Shown here piece by piece: positions 27,301 to 39,440 of a stretch of 64,000 nt of DNA. The notes beneath the pieces are model-generated. The model worked only from the letters and a program-made list of their open reading frames with translations. It ran no database searches and was not told where the DNA came from. The DNA is from Ptychomitrium polyphyllum (Eukaryota), in the NCBI GenBank assembly GCA_973851085.1, contig OZ316775.1:21204001-21268000 (forward strand), given 5' to 3'. How positions within the stretch are numbered: position 1 is the stretch's first letter; each line of letters begins with the position of its first letter. Position numbers and translations under genes: made by a program.

Positions 27301-28010
27301 TAAAAATAGTAGTACACGCCCTGCATGGATAACAAATTTGAGCCACCACGTTTCACAAAATATTCCAACAGGTTCTCCTTTGTTTCACATCAACCTGAGG
27401 TTCCTAGTACTCGTTGATCACTTAAGCCCTGATGAGTAGGACACGCTAAATTCTGTTGCATGAAAAATACTCAGAATCAGAGTTCGTAATACCTGCGAGA
27501 AAGCAGTGCCTAGTAAAGATGGCATGAAGCCTCTGTACAGACCTCCCCATCCCTCTGTTTTAATGACCTGTCAAAACAAGATCCATTGAATCAAAAGTAA
27601 CCCCCAAAACCACCTCACTAACAAAATACAAAAACGGTATACTCGCATCGACGACGCACCTTTAATATTTCTTGAATGGTCCCCCCTTGTACTATCGGAA
27701 TTTGAATATGCGCTGCTTCTACAGCTTGCACGGCGTTACTAGATTTAGCCTTCCGCTCTGTCTGTTGCCTGGTGTTAACCTGTACAACACAACACAACAC
27801 AACACAGGCCAAGTCGAAGAATTTCTAAACAATCTTCACGAAATCTATCCAGCAGCCCCACAAATCCTCGACCTGAACCAATTGATCTAAAAATATCTTC
27901 TCAAAGAGAGTTTTGGAATCTGCACTCACCGCTAGGAGGGGGTAGGTTAACACTAGCGACACAACACCACCCCCAGCGCCTGCCAAACCATTCACCACGG
28001 CATCCGACAT
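24388..28010 (-). CDS. PXN: peroxisomal NAD/CoA carrier (mitochondrial carrier family, PXN/PMP38-like)
   Basis: 11 in-frame GT-AG exons: 28010-27930, 27779-27660, 27567-27493, 27320-27190, 26916-26862, 26616-26464, 25790-25722, 25392-25285, 25116-25048, 24786-24735 and 24590-24388. Protein: MSDAVVNGLAGAGGG...TYPL..VNTRQQTER; SQGVYYYFYQ; NVLLTNPIWVIVTRMQ; VCNPAVQFMLYE; TYPLLVVKSRLQAKQ; FYKGMSTKIVQSV.AAA.LFMIKEELVK. Confidence 0.93.
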
Positions 28011-28152
28011 CCTCCTAAATTCTCCAAAACCCCAGAAACCACACCTGGTTTCCAAAGATGCTAGAAGCAATTCTGTCGTAATCCAACATCAGTTAAATCT
28101 ACCGTGTGCATCACCTGCCAACCACAAACAGAACATAAACAAAAACCTCCGT

Positions 28153-28192
28153 CGGGGTTTAGGTTTAGGATTTAGGGTTTCGAGTTTTAGGT
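28153..28192. repeat. telomere-like / telo-box cluster
   Basis: ggggtttaggtttaggatttagggtttcgagttttagg in the PXN 5' leader region. Confidence 0.6.
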
Positions 28193-29079
28193 GGGATTGC
28201 AAGAGGATTGTGTTAGAGCTCTAACCAGTGACCACCAACAACGTAACACAAGAAACCCAAGTGAGATTTCCATGTAACAACACAGACAGAGATAATCTCA
28301 ACCAATTCAAACTCCCATTCCATATCATCGAGACGACGATCGCCATCAGTTCAATGTCAAGATCTGCTGTAGCCTACGTGAAATTTATTTGTCACTAAGC
28401 AAAACTAGATGCAGCTTCCGGTAACTGATTGCAATGGTGTTCGCAGAGGTCTGAACTGAAGATGGTAGAGCGTAATACGAAGAATCAAAAGCAGCACAAC
28501 AACAACAAGCAAGTTCCAGCATTCCCAAACATGCCATAACATCACGAGATGTGAGTTTCTTGCACTATGATTACTTTGAATGATATTAGACTTACCTCAC
28601 CCTGCACATGAGGGAACTTCGACCTGATCGATCTCCAATGCGAAAACCGTATCCAGCAAAACACTGCAGTAGAGTGGCGGCCATGCTTATTTCCTCTTCA
28701 GCATGCAAGCAAGCGCACGTCACTCACATCCATTGGGGTCGAATTCATTCATCCATCCTGCATACACTCCACCTTTCATTCATCCAAAATACTTGCAGTT
28801 CATATTTCATTCATCCATCAGTCATCCGTTTTCTATTATCGCAGAAAGAGAACGAGAGAAAAAAGAACTCCACACTACCTTCAGAAGTTGCTGGATTCCT
28901 TGTTGGAAACTGCCGAAGCTTCGTTCCCACAGCAAAGTAAGGAAGTTGTGTCCCAACCAGAAGCCCCACTGTTGGCATGAACTCCTCCTTTGTTTGAGGT
29001 TTGGTTAGTTATGCACTATTGTTTACGAGGAATGCTCTCCACAGCAGCATTTGTTCATCGTGTTATTGATCTAACACAC

Positions 29080-29605
29080 TGTTATTGATCCGGCATCAGT
29101 GTGGTGCCTATCCTGCTTCCCGATTTGTTCCTCATCGGCGTATAATTCGTGCAGCTGCCAAAAACATAATCAAGGACTCTTTGAGACTTTCTAGAATAAG
29201 AAGTTTTGAGTTTTAAAAAAGCTCTGCTTATTCTAAGGAATAGTTCCTTGATGAGTTGGTTGAAATAAGGAGTTTTTACAAGATTCTCTCTAAAGGCCAA
29301 GGATTTTATTGCCATTAGCGAATAACTCTATTGTATTACTTGATCCTATGAAGGAAACTCAAGCCCCTTGAATCTTACTTCCAACCAATTGTAAGCCTCG
29401 TGCTCAACGCACACCTACTTACGCTTGCCTCTGGACTCTTTGAGATGGTCAATGCTGTTCACTGTGGAGGCACCAAAGCAACTTGCATGGCGTCCAACAT
29501 AGATATGAAAAATTTCTTGTATCCTTAAGAAAATCAAGATTGAATCAATCCTTGTTGGATGGACATTTGGGCTTATTGGATTACCTTGTTTACAAACAGA
29601 CAAAG
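29080..29605 (-). mobile_element. possible decayed LINE reverse-transcriptase fragment
   Basis: SVCKQGNPISP resembles the non-LTR RT motif G.RQG.PLSP. Further downstream, RLTIGWK..GLSF...SLMAI resembles the LINE LS..GR..L.NS.L segment. Heavily degraded. Confidence 0.4.
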
Positions 29606-29877
29606 GTGGACGGATGGACCTCTAAACAACCTTGTTTACTATTCTTTAATAAACCTACACAAAATAATGATGTTATAATGTTTTTTCTACTCTTGTTAAT
29701 AAAATGCACTATACTCTATTTTACGTTGAGTATTGCACAGTATTGCAACCCATGAGAGAAATTTATGATTTTCATTGTTACTCACTGTTCTTTGCATTCA
29801 ATCATGGATTGAAAGTGAAATATGGAAAAATTTGTTCTCTTGGTCAAATCAAATGTGCACATAAAGTCATGTACTTC

Positions 29878-30009
29878 TTGTGATTTCGAAATGCAACACA
29901 ATTACTACAACCTCTAGGTCCTTCTGACTCAGAAAAATTTCTTTGTGATTTCGAAATGCAACACAATTTCTACAACCTCGAGATCCTTCTGACACAGAAA
30001 ATTTCTTTG
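29878..30009. repeat. about 65-bp tandem duplication
   Basis: ttgtgatttcgaaatgcaacacaatt(a/t)ctacaacctc.ag.tccttctgac.cagaaaa at 29878 and 29943. Confidence 0.9.
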
Positions 30010-31142
30010 GCGTTTTGTAGATTGCTTGTGAAAAAGGTAGATTTCTTGTAGGAAAGAATGCTTTTTTCGTGCATTACGCGTGTTGCACAGGACCACAGCA
30101 GAATAACTGCATGGTTGTATGTAGTAATTTACAGTCCGGCAAATTACCGTGCCTGCTACGAGATCGTTAATGCCGACGCTGGTTAACGCCAACGCTGGTT
30201 GAACTTTTTGAGGTGAGGAGTGTGCTTTGCCGAGAAGTATCCTAACTTCGGTTTCAAAAAGAAATCGACACCAGTCACTGCTACGTAAATTGAGCTGGCT
30301 TCTCTGTTAATAGGTCTTTCTTTTTTATGAAAACTTTGTTTAAACTCTTTTGTTTTCCACATGGTGGCTGCTCATAAACTTGCTTAAAGCGTTGACAGCG
30401 TAGTATGTAAACGAAGTGCAAGTGATGCAAAAGCTGTAGATACACCGTCGGTGTCACTGTCTTGGACAACTCCGTTAATTTAGTGATTGATGTCGATTTC
30501 AACATTGGAAGCCTGAAGGGGATGGAAGAATTCGAAGGTGTATTGCAGTACGTGTAAACAAGTTCTGATGAAACTTTTCGATTGCAGAAACTCAGTGAGT
30601 CAGTGACACATGAAAAATAGCAGAAACTTATATTGTTTCGTTTATTCATTGACACACAAGAATAAACATATTACTCGGCAAAAGTTACTGCAAGCCGGAA
30701 AGAGTAGCTTTAAACAAACCAAGATAAAATTATAATTTTGGACTAACTCCAGTGGCTAAAGGTCTCTGCCGACGTCGACAGCCAAGCAGGCCGAAGATCG
30801 CTCGAAAGTATTTAAAGCGATCATCTAGGCACCGTCCATCGATACTGCAGCAATCCAAAAGGAAAATCAACGGCAACTGACCGTCCAAATCAGCAAAATT
30901 CAGTCAGCCGCAAATACTCCAACAAGTGTACTACTTCGCAGAAGCAAGCCGTATCAGTGAGTCAACGTCACCATGCACCTACCGTACAACATTACAATGA
31001 TATTTTCCAGTGCAGATTACATAAGTACCCGAGGAAGAATCAGTTCATCATTGATATCATAAGTTCAGAGGAGCTCGATTGTGTTGAATTCATACATTTC
31101 GGTCTGTTTGAGCTACTGAGTTTGTGTGAAGGTTGAGGAACC

Positions 31143-32303
31143 ATGGGAATGACTGGGCTCGAATTACGATTCAGCTTGTCACCTCTACCAACAATGTTAA
31201 TGGTGGCATTGCTGTGGATGTGCCTAGACGGGACTGCAGCGCAGTTGGCCACCGGGTACTACGCCACCAGTTGCCCCAATGTGGAGTCGATCGTGTACGA
31301 CACTATGGCTCGCTTGACACAGAAAAAAGAGACGCTTCCTGCAGACCTCCTCCGCCTTCACTTCCACGATTGCTTTGTTCGAGTGAGCACTTCCTTACGA
31401 ACACTATGTAACGTTGAAATCAGTACTTCAATACATTTTCTTTCAAAGGTGTACGCGGAACCGTGCATTCTTGTTCTAAGTTTCTTGTTCGTGTGAATTT
31501 ATGGCTGGGTGAACTTTCCCAGTTGCTAATCCAGTACATGCGTACCTTTGGTGATGCAGGGTTGTGATGCGTCGGTTTTGCTTCTTGGTAAAAACACGGA
31601 GCGGACATCGCCGTCCAACTTTCGACTGGAAGGGTTGCACGTGCCGATTAACGCCATCAAGGCGGTAGTGGAGAGAGCGTGCCCGAACACGGTGTCCTGC
31701 GCGGACATTCTCGCGTTCGCGGCCCGCGACGGTGTTTCCATACGCGGCGGGCCACGCTGGGAAGTGAAGGGCGGACGTCGCGACGGTCGCGTATCCATCG
31801 CCGCCGAGGCCACCGCCAACTTACCGGGTGCTGACATGAGCGTGGACCAGCTAGCCGCCAACTTCGCAAGACAAGGGATGACGAAGGAAGACATGGTCCA
31901 CCTCTCCGGTGCACACACCCTCGGCGATTCCGGGTGCGTGCACATCGACAGTAGAATTTACACACGGACGGACCCAATCCTCCCCGCGGACTTCCTCGCC
32001 GAGTTGCGCCGGAAGTGCCCCCGGCCCGGCCAGCGCCTCCGCACCATCGACCTCGACAGGAAGTCCCCGTTGTCCTTTGACACCAAGTACTGGAATAATC
32101 TAGTGGAGCGCAAGGGGCTGTTGACGTCGGATCAAGCGCTCTATGAGGACTCCAGTACAAGGCCACTGGTGCTCGACAATACCGTGCAGAGCACTTTCTT
32201 CGACAACTTTGCGAGGGCCATGGTCAAACTTAGTGAAGTGAACGTTCTCACCGGCAGCCAGGGCGAGATCCGACTGATGTGCTCCGACGTTAACCGGAAG
32301 TAG
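31143..32303 (+). CDS. class III secretory peroxidase, about 327 aa
   Basis: Exons 31143-31382 and 31560-32303. Signal peptide, then QL..[76 protein letters not shown] and GEIRLMC. All 8 conserved Cys are present. Confidence 0.97.
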
Positions 32304-35229
32304 ACTAGTGTGCACGTGTATCGTAACTGCAAATCACTACAACATCTCTGCAAGAACCGCCAGCCTGCTGCTGTAGAGATAGAAAACTTCATCAAGAGCT
32401 AGAACAGTCAGGGCGAGTTTCGAAGGATGTGATCCGAAGTTCTTCTGCCAACGATTTTATCTTACACTGTTTAGAGTTGTGATCGGCAAGAAATCTCAGA
32501 CCGTTTAGGGATGGTCAATAAACAATACATGGAGAGGTTTCCCAGTCCAATTGAATGAATTTGTTGAAATTGTAAATACATTCCAGTTAGTGACATAAAC
32601 ATAATGCATCGACATAACATTTTTGTTCTTGTAACTAATCGTATTAAGAAACGCAATAATTCTGAAGTTGATTGAACTATTCTGATCACCTTATTTTTCT
32701 AAAAGTATAGTATTACGTGTATTTTGTGAAGCAAATATATTTTGTTTTATCAATAACATTACAACAATAAGCAAAATCTATGAATTGTGAGAAATTTATA
32801 TGGCATGGTTTAAAAAATTGAGTTAGATGTTTTTTTTGAAGATGGAAATTTACTGTTGGATAGATGTTTGTTACACAAATCATGAGTATTTTAACAAAAT
32901 ATTATTAAAAGAGAGAATATGGTTCTTTCTTCTAGAGGTATTTATTTGCAGCCTTCAGTCCTGTGCAACTGGTTTCACCCAACTAAAACCTCAGCTGCCC
33001 ATTCTTCTTCCTGCTGAGCAATGTCACTGCATTTTTTAATGTAAAAAATATCAATTTTAACTTCTACAAATCATGCCCTGTCTGGAAGCTCAAAAATGAC
33101 TCAAAACATTCAAACTTTTGAAGAAGCACTGTAAAAAATGATGATTGCATTCATTGAGTTGAACCATTTGAGCTTCAATAGCATGTCGTATAGAGTGAAT
33201 ACAAAGTTTTAATTTGTGATTTATGGTTGTGATAAACAAGTTAGTAATTTGTATATTGTGAGGTTTCACTATAGTTTGTGAGCTTTAACCTGAACAGGCA
33301 AAGAAGTTTCTTTGACTTTAACACCAAGTTTCTATATAATAATTAATCTCAAAATTACAAATCTCACTTACTGAACAGATTACAAAATGTATTTCACATG
33401 AATAGTGATAGCAGGTCTAACAGGTTTCAATTGGAAATGTCGCCTTGAAAGGTTTGTTATGACAGGTAATTACAGAGAAGGTGAGGATTTAAAAAATATT
33501 ACCACCTCATGTAGAATCACAATGTATCCCAGATAGCAGAAATTGTAAATCTCATCTTCATAAAAGAGTCTTTTTCATTACAGATAGTTTGCCCTCAACA
33601 AAAACCAAGTGTCAGCTTACTGATATTTTAGTGAATCAGTTCAACAAGCAATGATGCACAGAAATCTCATGGAATTTCTAGCTTTGATAAAGCTATAAAC
33701 CCACAGTTCCTTTCAACGTTTGTTTTGGTTGCAAACAATGCCAGATCATTAAGATATCAGTGGTTCTTTCTGTACATCGTCCAAAAAACGGCTGATGGAG
33801 TAGTAAGGGATTAAGGTTTGGTTTCATGGTATTTGAATTCTAATATAAGAATTAAAACATTGATATACATAAGAGCATCTGTTGTACAAAAATAGTGATA
33901 GAAGGTCTATGCAAAAAAATTGGCCTGGATTTACTTTCTAATGCGTCGCTTGGAGGTTGTAATCGTATCTCCTTGATGTTTAGTGTTCCACACTGCAATA
34001 TCTCCTTGTTAACTAGAGTCGACGTCACGGCGGCAAGGGCACACCCAGCGACCACCTAGTCGTTCACATGCCTGTCACTTAATTTTGCAACATGCAAATC
34101 TATAATATAGGTAAAGGTTGAGCCCAAAACCGGCTCCTGAAATAGCCGGAAGACTTGAAGTGGAAACTTCTGGTAAAATTTAGTGAAGTTGTGGCCACCA
34201 CATGCTTGTGGTGGACCAACTTGGACTCAGATCATTAATGACTTTAAGCACCAAACCGGGAATGGCACTATCAAAATAAGCTTCAGCCATATTTATAAGG
34301 AAAGCACTTGAGGTGGCCCTACCAAATCTGGGTTGGAATTTAGTTGTACTTTTGGAGTTATCTTGACGCCATTGTTTCTGATGCAGGTGGTTACCATAAG
34401 TACGAAGTAGTGTACTTGAGTAAATGAAGCAGGGGATAAAAGGACACAGCCCCCTTAATTCCAGGGTGACCAGTTCCTCTGCTGATGAATGTACAGGTGG
34501 AACCAGTTGGATGTGGAGTCCTGGTACCATGAAAATTACAGAACAACTCAACGTCGAGGCCACCGTGGTGATTCTGATCGGAAGCCTGATATACGGTGGC
34601 ACACTTTCAAGCTTACATGCAGGCATGTGCTGTTGGCAGACGGCCAAGTTGATCTACATACAATAAAGGTTGTAATTCTGATACGATGCGGTGAGCATGC
34701 ACGGAATTCGACATACAACCTGGCGGGTATGCATTTCCGCATTTCTCAACATCGACAGATGGTCTAACCATGCACCAACTTGAGCGGACTTAAAGTACAA
34801 TGGCGTTTCAAGCAAATTTTTGTCGCCAAACAATGTGGTTCCCAGCAGCTTGGACAGCTACCGTCGTGTACTGCTCTGACGAATACAGGTTAGGGCAAGG
34901 AAGGAGCCACGAAAGGAAATCGATCGAAGAGTAAAGGGATCCAGCTGCGAACACCATGATTGTGCTTAGGTCGCAGATCTTTTCGCCTCGGAGAAACAAG
35001 AAACGGTGCCGGAGCTTCAGAATGCTGAATTGGCTGCTCGACTCCCACCTGATAGATCGGCTGGACAAGCTCCGGTGGTCTGAACCGGCATCCACCGTGA
35101 ATCTGCATCCTCAATCCCTTCACCTACCGACACTTGGCAAATCCTAGCATATCCGGATGTACTTGCGGAGGAGCTGTGGTTCACAACAAACATCTGCACG
35201 TATTAGATAGTCATTGTACCAAAACGTCC

Positions 35230-35685
35230 TCAAAGGATGTCATGCGCTGACATCCTGGGATTCACCGCGTGTGACAGCGTGAACCTTTCCAGCGGCTCAT
35301 GATATAATGTGCCCACAGGACGCTGTGACGGACTGGTTTCTAAGGCGAGTGAGGCCGTGAAAGTCCTGCGCAGCCATGAGTTCAACGTGGACCACCAACG
35401 CCCAACTTCGCGAAGCAAAAGCTCGACAGGACTGACACCACCTTTCTATCCGGCGCCCACAATACCGGCGAGACTGCATGCGTACACGTCGACGAACACA
35501 TCTACACTTACCCGAGCAAGGGAGGAGCGGATTCCAACTGTCCAACATCCCCGCACACTTCGTCTCGATGCTGAAGAAGCGCAACAAGCCTGGCCTGGCG
35601 CAGCGCACGTTCGCCCTTCAACCTAAACGCGAGGCTGCGAGCACGAGCGCCACCTTCGACACAAAAGTACTATTCGTAATTTAGT
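35230..35685 (+). pseudogene. class III peroxidase pseudogene fragment
   Basis: MSCADILGFTACDSVNLSSGS*YNVPTGRCDGLVSKASEA...FNVD, a frameshift to ANFAKQ, then GETACVHVDEHIYT and ATFDTK. Collinear with the intact peroxidase 3 kb upstream, with a Trp-to-TGA change at 35300. Confidence 0.85.
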
Positions 35686-37442
35686 ACACTGTACTAGTCA
35701 CTAAATCCCTTCTAAGTTCTCACACTCACTACGACGATTTGTCAACCACCAACTTTTGCATACAATATCACTCTCGTATGCAGCGTTTTCGTACAAAAAT
35801 GATATGATGAAGATGACATGATCCATTTTTCAACTTTCACGCCCAATGTGCCAAAAGTTCCCATCAGAAATACAAAATTTTGCAAAATACCAAATTTTTG
35901 TGTAGTAGTCATAGCAAGAACCAATATCGTGCCACAAAAGAAAGTGACATTGTTATGTACTTTTGTTATAATGCACCATTCATACTCAAAATATTGAAGG
36001 TGAAAAGAAAATCTAATTATATCAAATTATATAGAAATGGCAAGGCAATGATTAAATGATTGACTCATTTTTATTAAAAAATTTAATATAGAATATGATT
36101 TTTTTGCTAGATTAGAGTATAATTGTAAACATTGTGTTCATGAAAATATTACAATTCCATGTGACATTTATTCTTATTCTTAATAAATGAACTATTAATA
36201 AACCCTTAAATGTTTTTATAAAGAATGCTTTTCAAATTGGCTTTATTAATATTTGTAAAAACATCATTCATGATATTTTCATATATCATGTAATATTTCC
36301 ACAAACATTATGTTTATATTATTTTATATTTTTCTATCAAATGCTTATTTCATTTAGATGCTTACCAACTTTTATTCCATATGGTTTACTTGAGATGAAT
36401 TCATTAACAACAAATCAAATAATTTATGAAAGTTTAATTCTAAATATAACATCTAATGATAGTTATTAAATTTTTATATTTCTCATTTCTATCATATTTT
36501 CAAATTTTGCAAGATTAATAATACAAATTTAGAAAACCTCAAAAAAAAACGAATTTAATATGTTGCAAAACTATATTTGTAATATTTTCATTGTTTAATC
36601 TAAATTCATTTGTAATATGGTAAAAGAAATTAATATTTAATCCAATAGAAGCTCATATTAAGCTATTTATTTTGTCTTAATTAAGTGATTTAAAGGCTTT
36701 ACATGTAGAAAAAAGACTCTTCAAGCAAAAGAATTCATTCTATTTTTAACACCTTATTTAATTGCTTACTTCAAAATTGACCTTTAATGAAGGTGAAATT
36801 AAATCATTTACATTGATTGATGTACTATTGGCAATAAGAGTGGCTTATTTCATACAAATCACCAAATTTTAACTTTAATTTGTATAACATTCTTCAATGA
36901 CGACAAACACCTTTCAAACAATAGCTCTATCATCCAAAAGTACAATTCCACTATAAAAATTTTATTCTACAATATTCATGCATTAATTAGCACATGCCCT
37001 TATGACCTTTTCTAAATGAATGTTATCACCATGCATATTAAATTTGCTTAAAGCCTTGGTTTAGGTCATCAAACACTATTTTTAGTGTAGTATTTCTTGA
37101 AGCCCCCAATATTCTATCACGAAGCATGAATGCATACTTTCATCAAAACAGAACCGTGGCATCTGTTTTAGCAGCAGACAATAGATGACATTGTAACCTC
37201 TTCCTATGAAAACCATTTCAGAAGATAACCAACTATGTACATGTGCTTTTTATACATGGAGAGAATCAACGACTCACTGTTTAAGGGATTCTTTAATTAG
37301 AAAAAGCCAAATTGTTACCCAAGTAGAAGTATCAATTCCATAGATGCAGCGGAGACCATTTTGAACTGGTTCTTAAAAACATCATAACTTGACCCAATGT
37401 ATGAAGCTGCAGATCCTACTTCCCACATTTTCCCAGTATGAC

Positions 37443-39440
37443 CTATTGAGTGAAGCTATTAGTATCTTCCTCGTCCAACCTCGATCGCAAGAAGCGGAAG
37501 GGAGACCGACCCATTGATGTAAAGGGCATAAGACCAAAAGTACGAGCAGTTTTGATTTCCCTAATCACCTTCCTCTGAGCTTTTGCAGTCAAGGAGCTCT
37601 GCGGAACATAACACGACACAGTTTGGAGTCAAACCATGTCCGGACACCTATACTAACAATTCATATGCTTAGATAACAAATAACACGATCCACAATGACT
37701 TCGGGAAAAGGTGAAAATAAAGAGTTCCTACTCGACAATCCAACAGACTTAGCAACCGAGGAACCGACTTGACAAGAATGAAACGCCAGTGTATGAGAGG
37801 GTGGATCCAAGAATGCGTACCCTCCTCTTTGGAAGAATCCTTGATGTCTCGGCAATGAAGTTTGACAAATAACGAGGATTCTGGAAATACATTGAAAAAC
37901 TCAGGAAGGAAATCAGCACATCTCTACGTTAATGCTTGCCCTGCTCCCCACACCCATCTTTGCATCAAAACAACTCTTCCAATCAAAGAAGCAAACAAAT
38001 ACCATGCAGGTTCCACAATGACTCGTACCCTGAAATCAGCCCTCTGAAGAACTTCGTTGTTATCATATCGTCGTCTGTAACGTGGAGGTGGCCTCTCCAA
38101 TTCATCGGGTTTCTTTGACAGATCCAGGTCCTGTGTACATGAAATCAAAGCAATGAGGTGCCATGACTTTCATCCAACCGTGAGAAATCGAAGCTCCGCA
38201 CTTCTGTGAAAGATATGTTGCACCGCTACCACCTCCACAAAGAAAAAGGAAAAGACAAAATCTCATTAGAGCTAAAATCGAAGAGTATCATCACCTCAGG
38301 GTCATATGTCTGCCCAGGAAAGAAGAGCCGGTCTGGCCGAAACTGATAAGGACGCTGCTCATCGTCCAAGTCATAATCAACAATAGCCGAGAGTGCAGCA
38401 TCACTGAGCACCTGCCCTCTCTCGTCTTCCCATTCTTCGTCATCGTCATCCTCGTGCATATCGCTATCATCTCCCGATTCTCCTTGAGCTGGCCCAGCAG
38501 CTCTCCAGGAGGCAGACCGTTCTATCTCTTCCAGCTCTCGCAAAAGGTCGTCGTCCTCTCCATCATCTTTCTTTGAAGAGATGCCCAATACGCGCAATTC
38601 GAAATCATCCATGGGCAGATCTACAGGATGAGGCTCTGTTGCGTGGTTTTGTGTCAGACTCAGTGAGCAAAAATCGCGATACCCAACACATCTCATGCAG
38701 ACTCGTAAGTCTTAACGCGTACACAGATATCCTCAAATGAAACATACAACCATAACCTGCATTCACTCCACTGCACAAAGGCATCCACGTACAGCACTTC
38801 TACACTAGATACCACGTCTAAATTCTTGAGTATGTATAGTAAAATTGAATGCCTGCGAAGGAAAAGGGAAGGCCTTACTACCGAAAGCGCCAGTAGCAGC
38901 TGAATCTGAAGCAGAGTCCTTCTCATCTCCAGAATTTGCTTCGCCTAATCCCTTTGCTGTTAAACCCACAACCCTATTAGCACCATAGCACTTGACTGTT
39001 CCCCCTCAAATTATCCAGGATCCAACCAGGACAGCCACCTCAAACCAAGCACGATGAGAATAATAGGTACAACCTAAACCCTAAAACCTTAAAACCCTAA
39101 AACCCTAAATCCACAAAGGCAACCCGGTAACCCCACAACCCGAGGGTTCAAGCGCAAACCTAAAGGGACGATCATGGTATCTACCTCCAGGCTTGTCATT
39201 GGAACTCGACATAGCGCGCTTCACAACAAACGTCGCAGTCGCAGCACCCCCAACGCCGGTCATGTTCCTGGTAGCCAACCCGGACGCAATCGCCCGCACC
39301 GCGCTGGCCAGAGATCGCGAAGCAGCACCACCATCAGCGAGATTCGACGTGAAGGATCTCGACTGCTTGGGCGCCTGGGGCAATGCGAGCCTGCACGTGC
39401 TGGCCCGCAGCGCAGCGGCCAACGCCTTGCGCCCGGACAT
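37443..39440 (-). CDS. nuclear-encoded organellar (probably mitochondrial) ribosomal protein S18 with long N-terminal extension
   Basis: Exons 39440-39185, 38620-38295, 38130-38029, 37880-37821 and 37598-37443, in frame. Targeting-peptide-like N-terminus, YQFRPD..F.PGQTYDPEDLDL, and an S18 core ADFRNPRYLSNFIAETSRILPKRRSSLTAKAQRKVIREIKTARTFGLMPFT. Confidence 0.9.
39071..39110. repeat. telo-box (AAACCCTA) array in intron 1 of the S18 gene
   Basis: aacctaaaccctaaaaccttaaaaccctaaaaccctaaa. Confidence 0.8.

Noticed and set aside
35900..37100. very AT-rich blocks (also 3200-5600, 20700-22100, 40600-42700)
   Set aside because: Probably highly decayed TE DNA, but I could not identify any termini or coding motifs.
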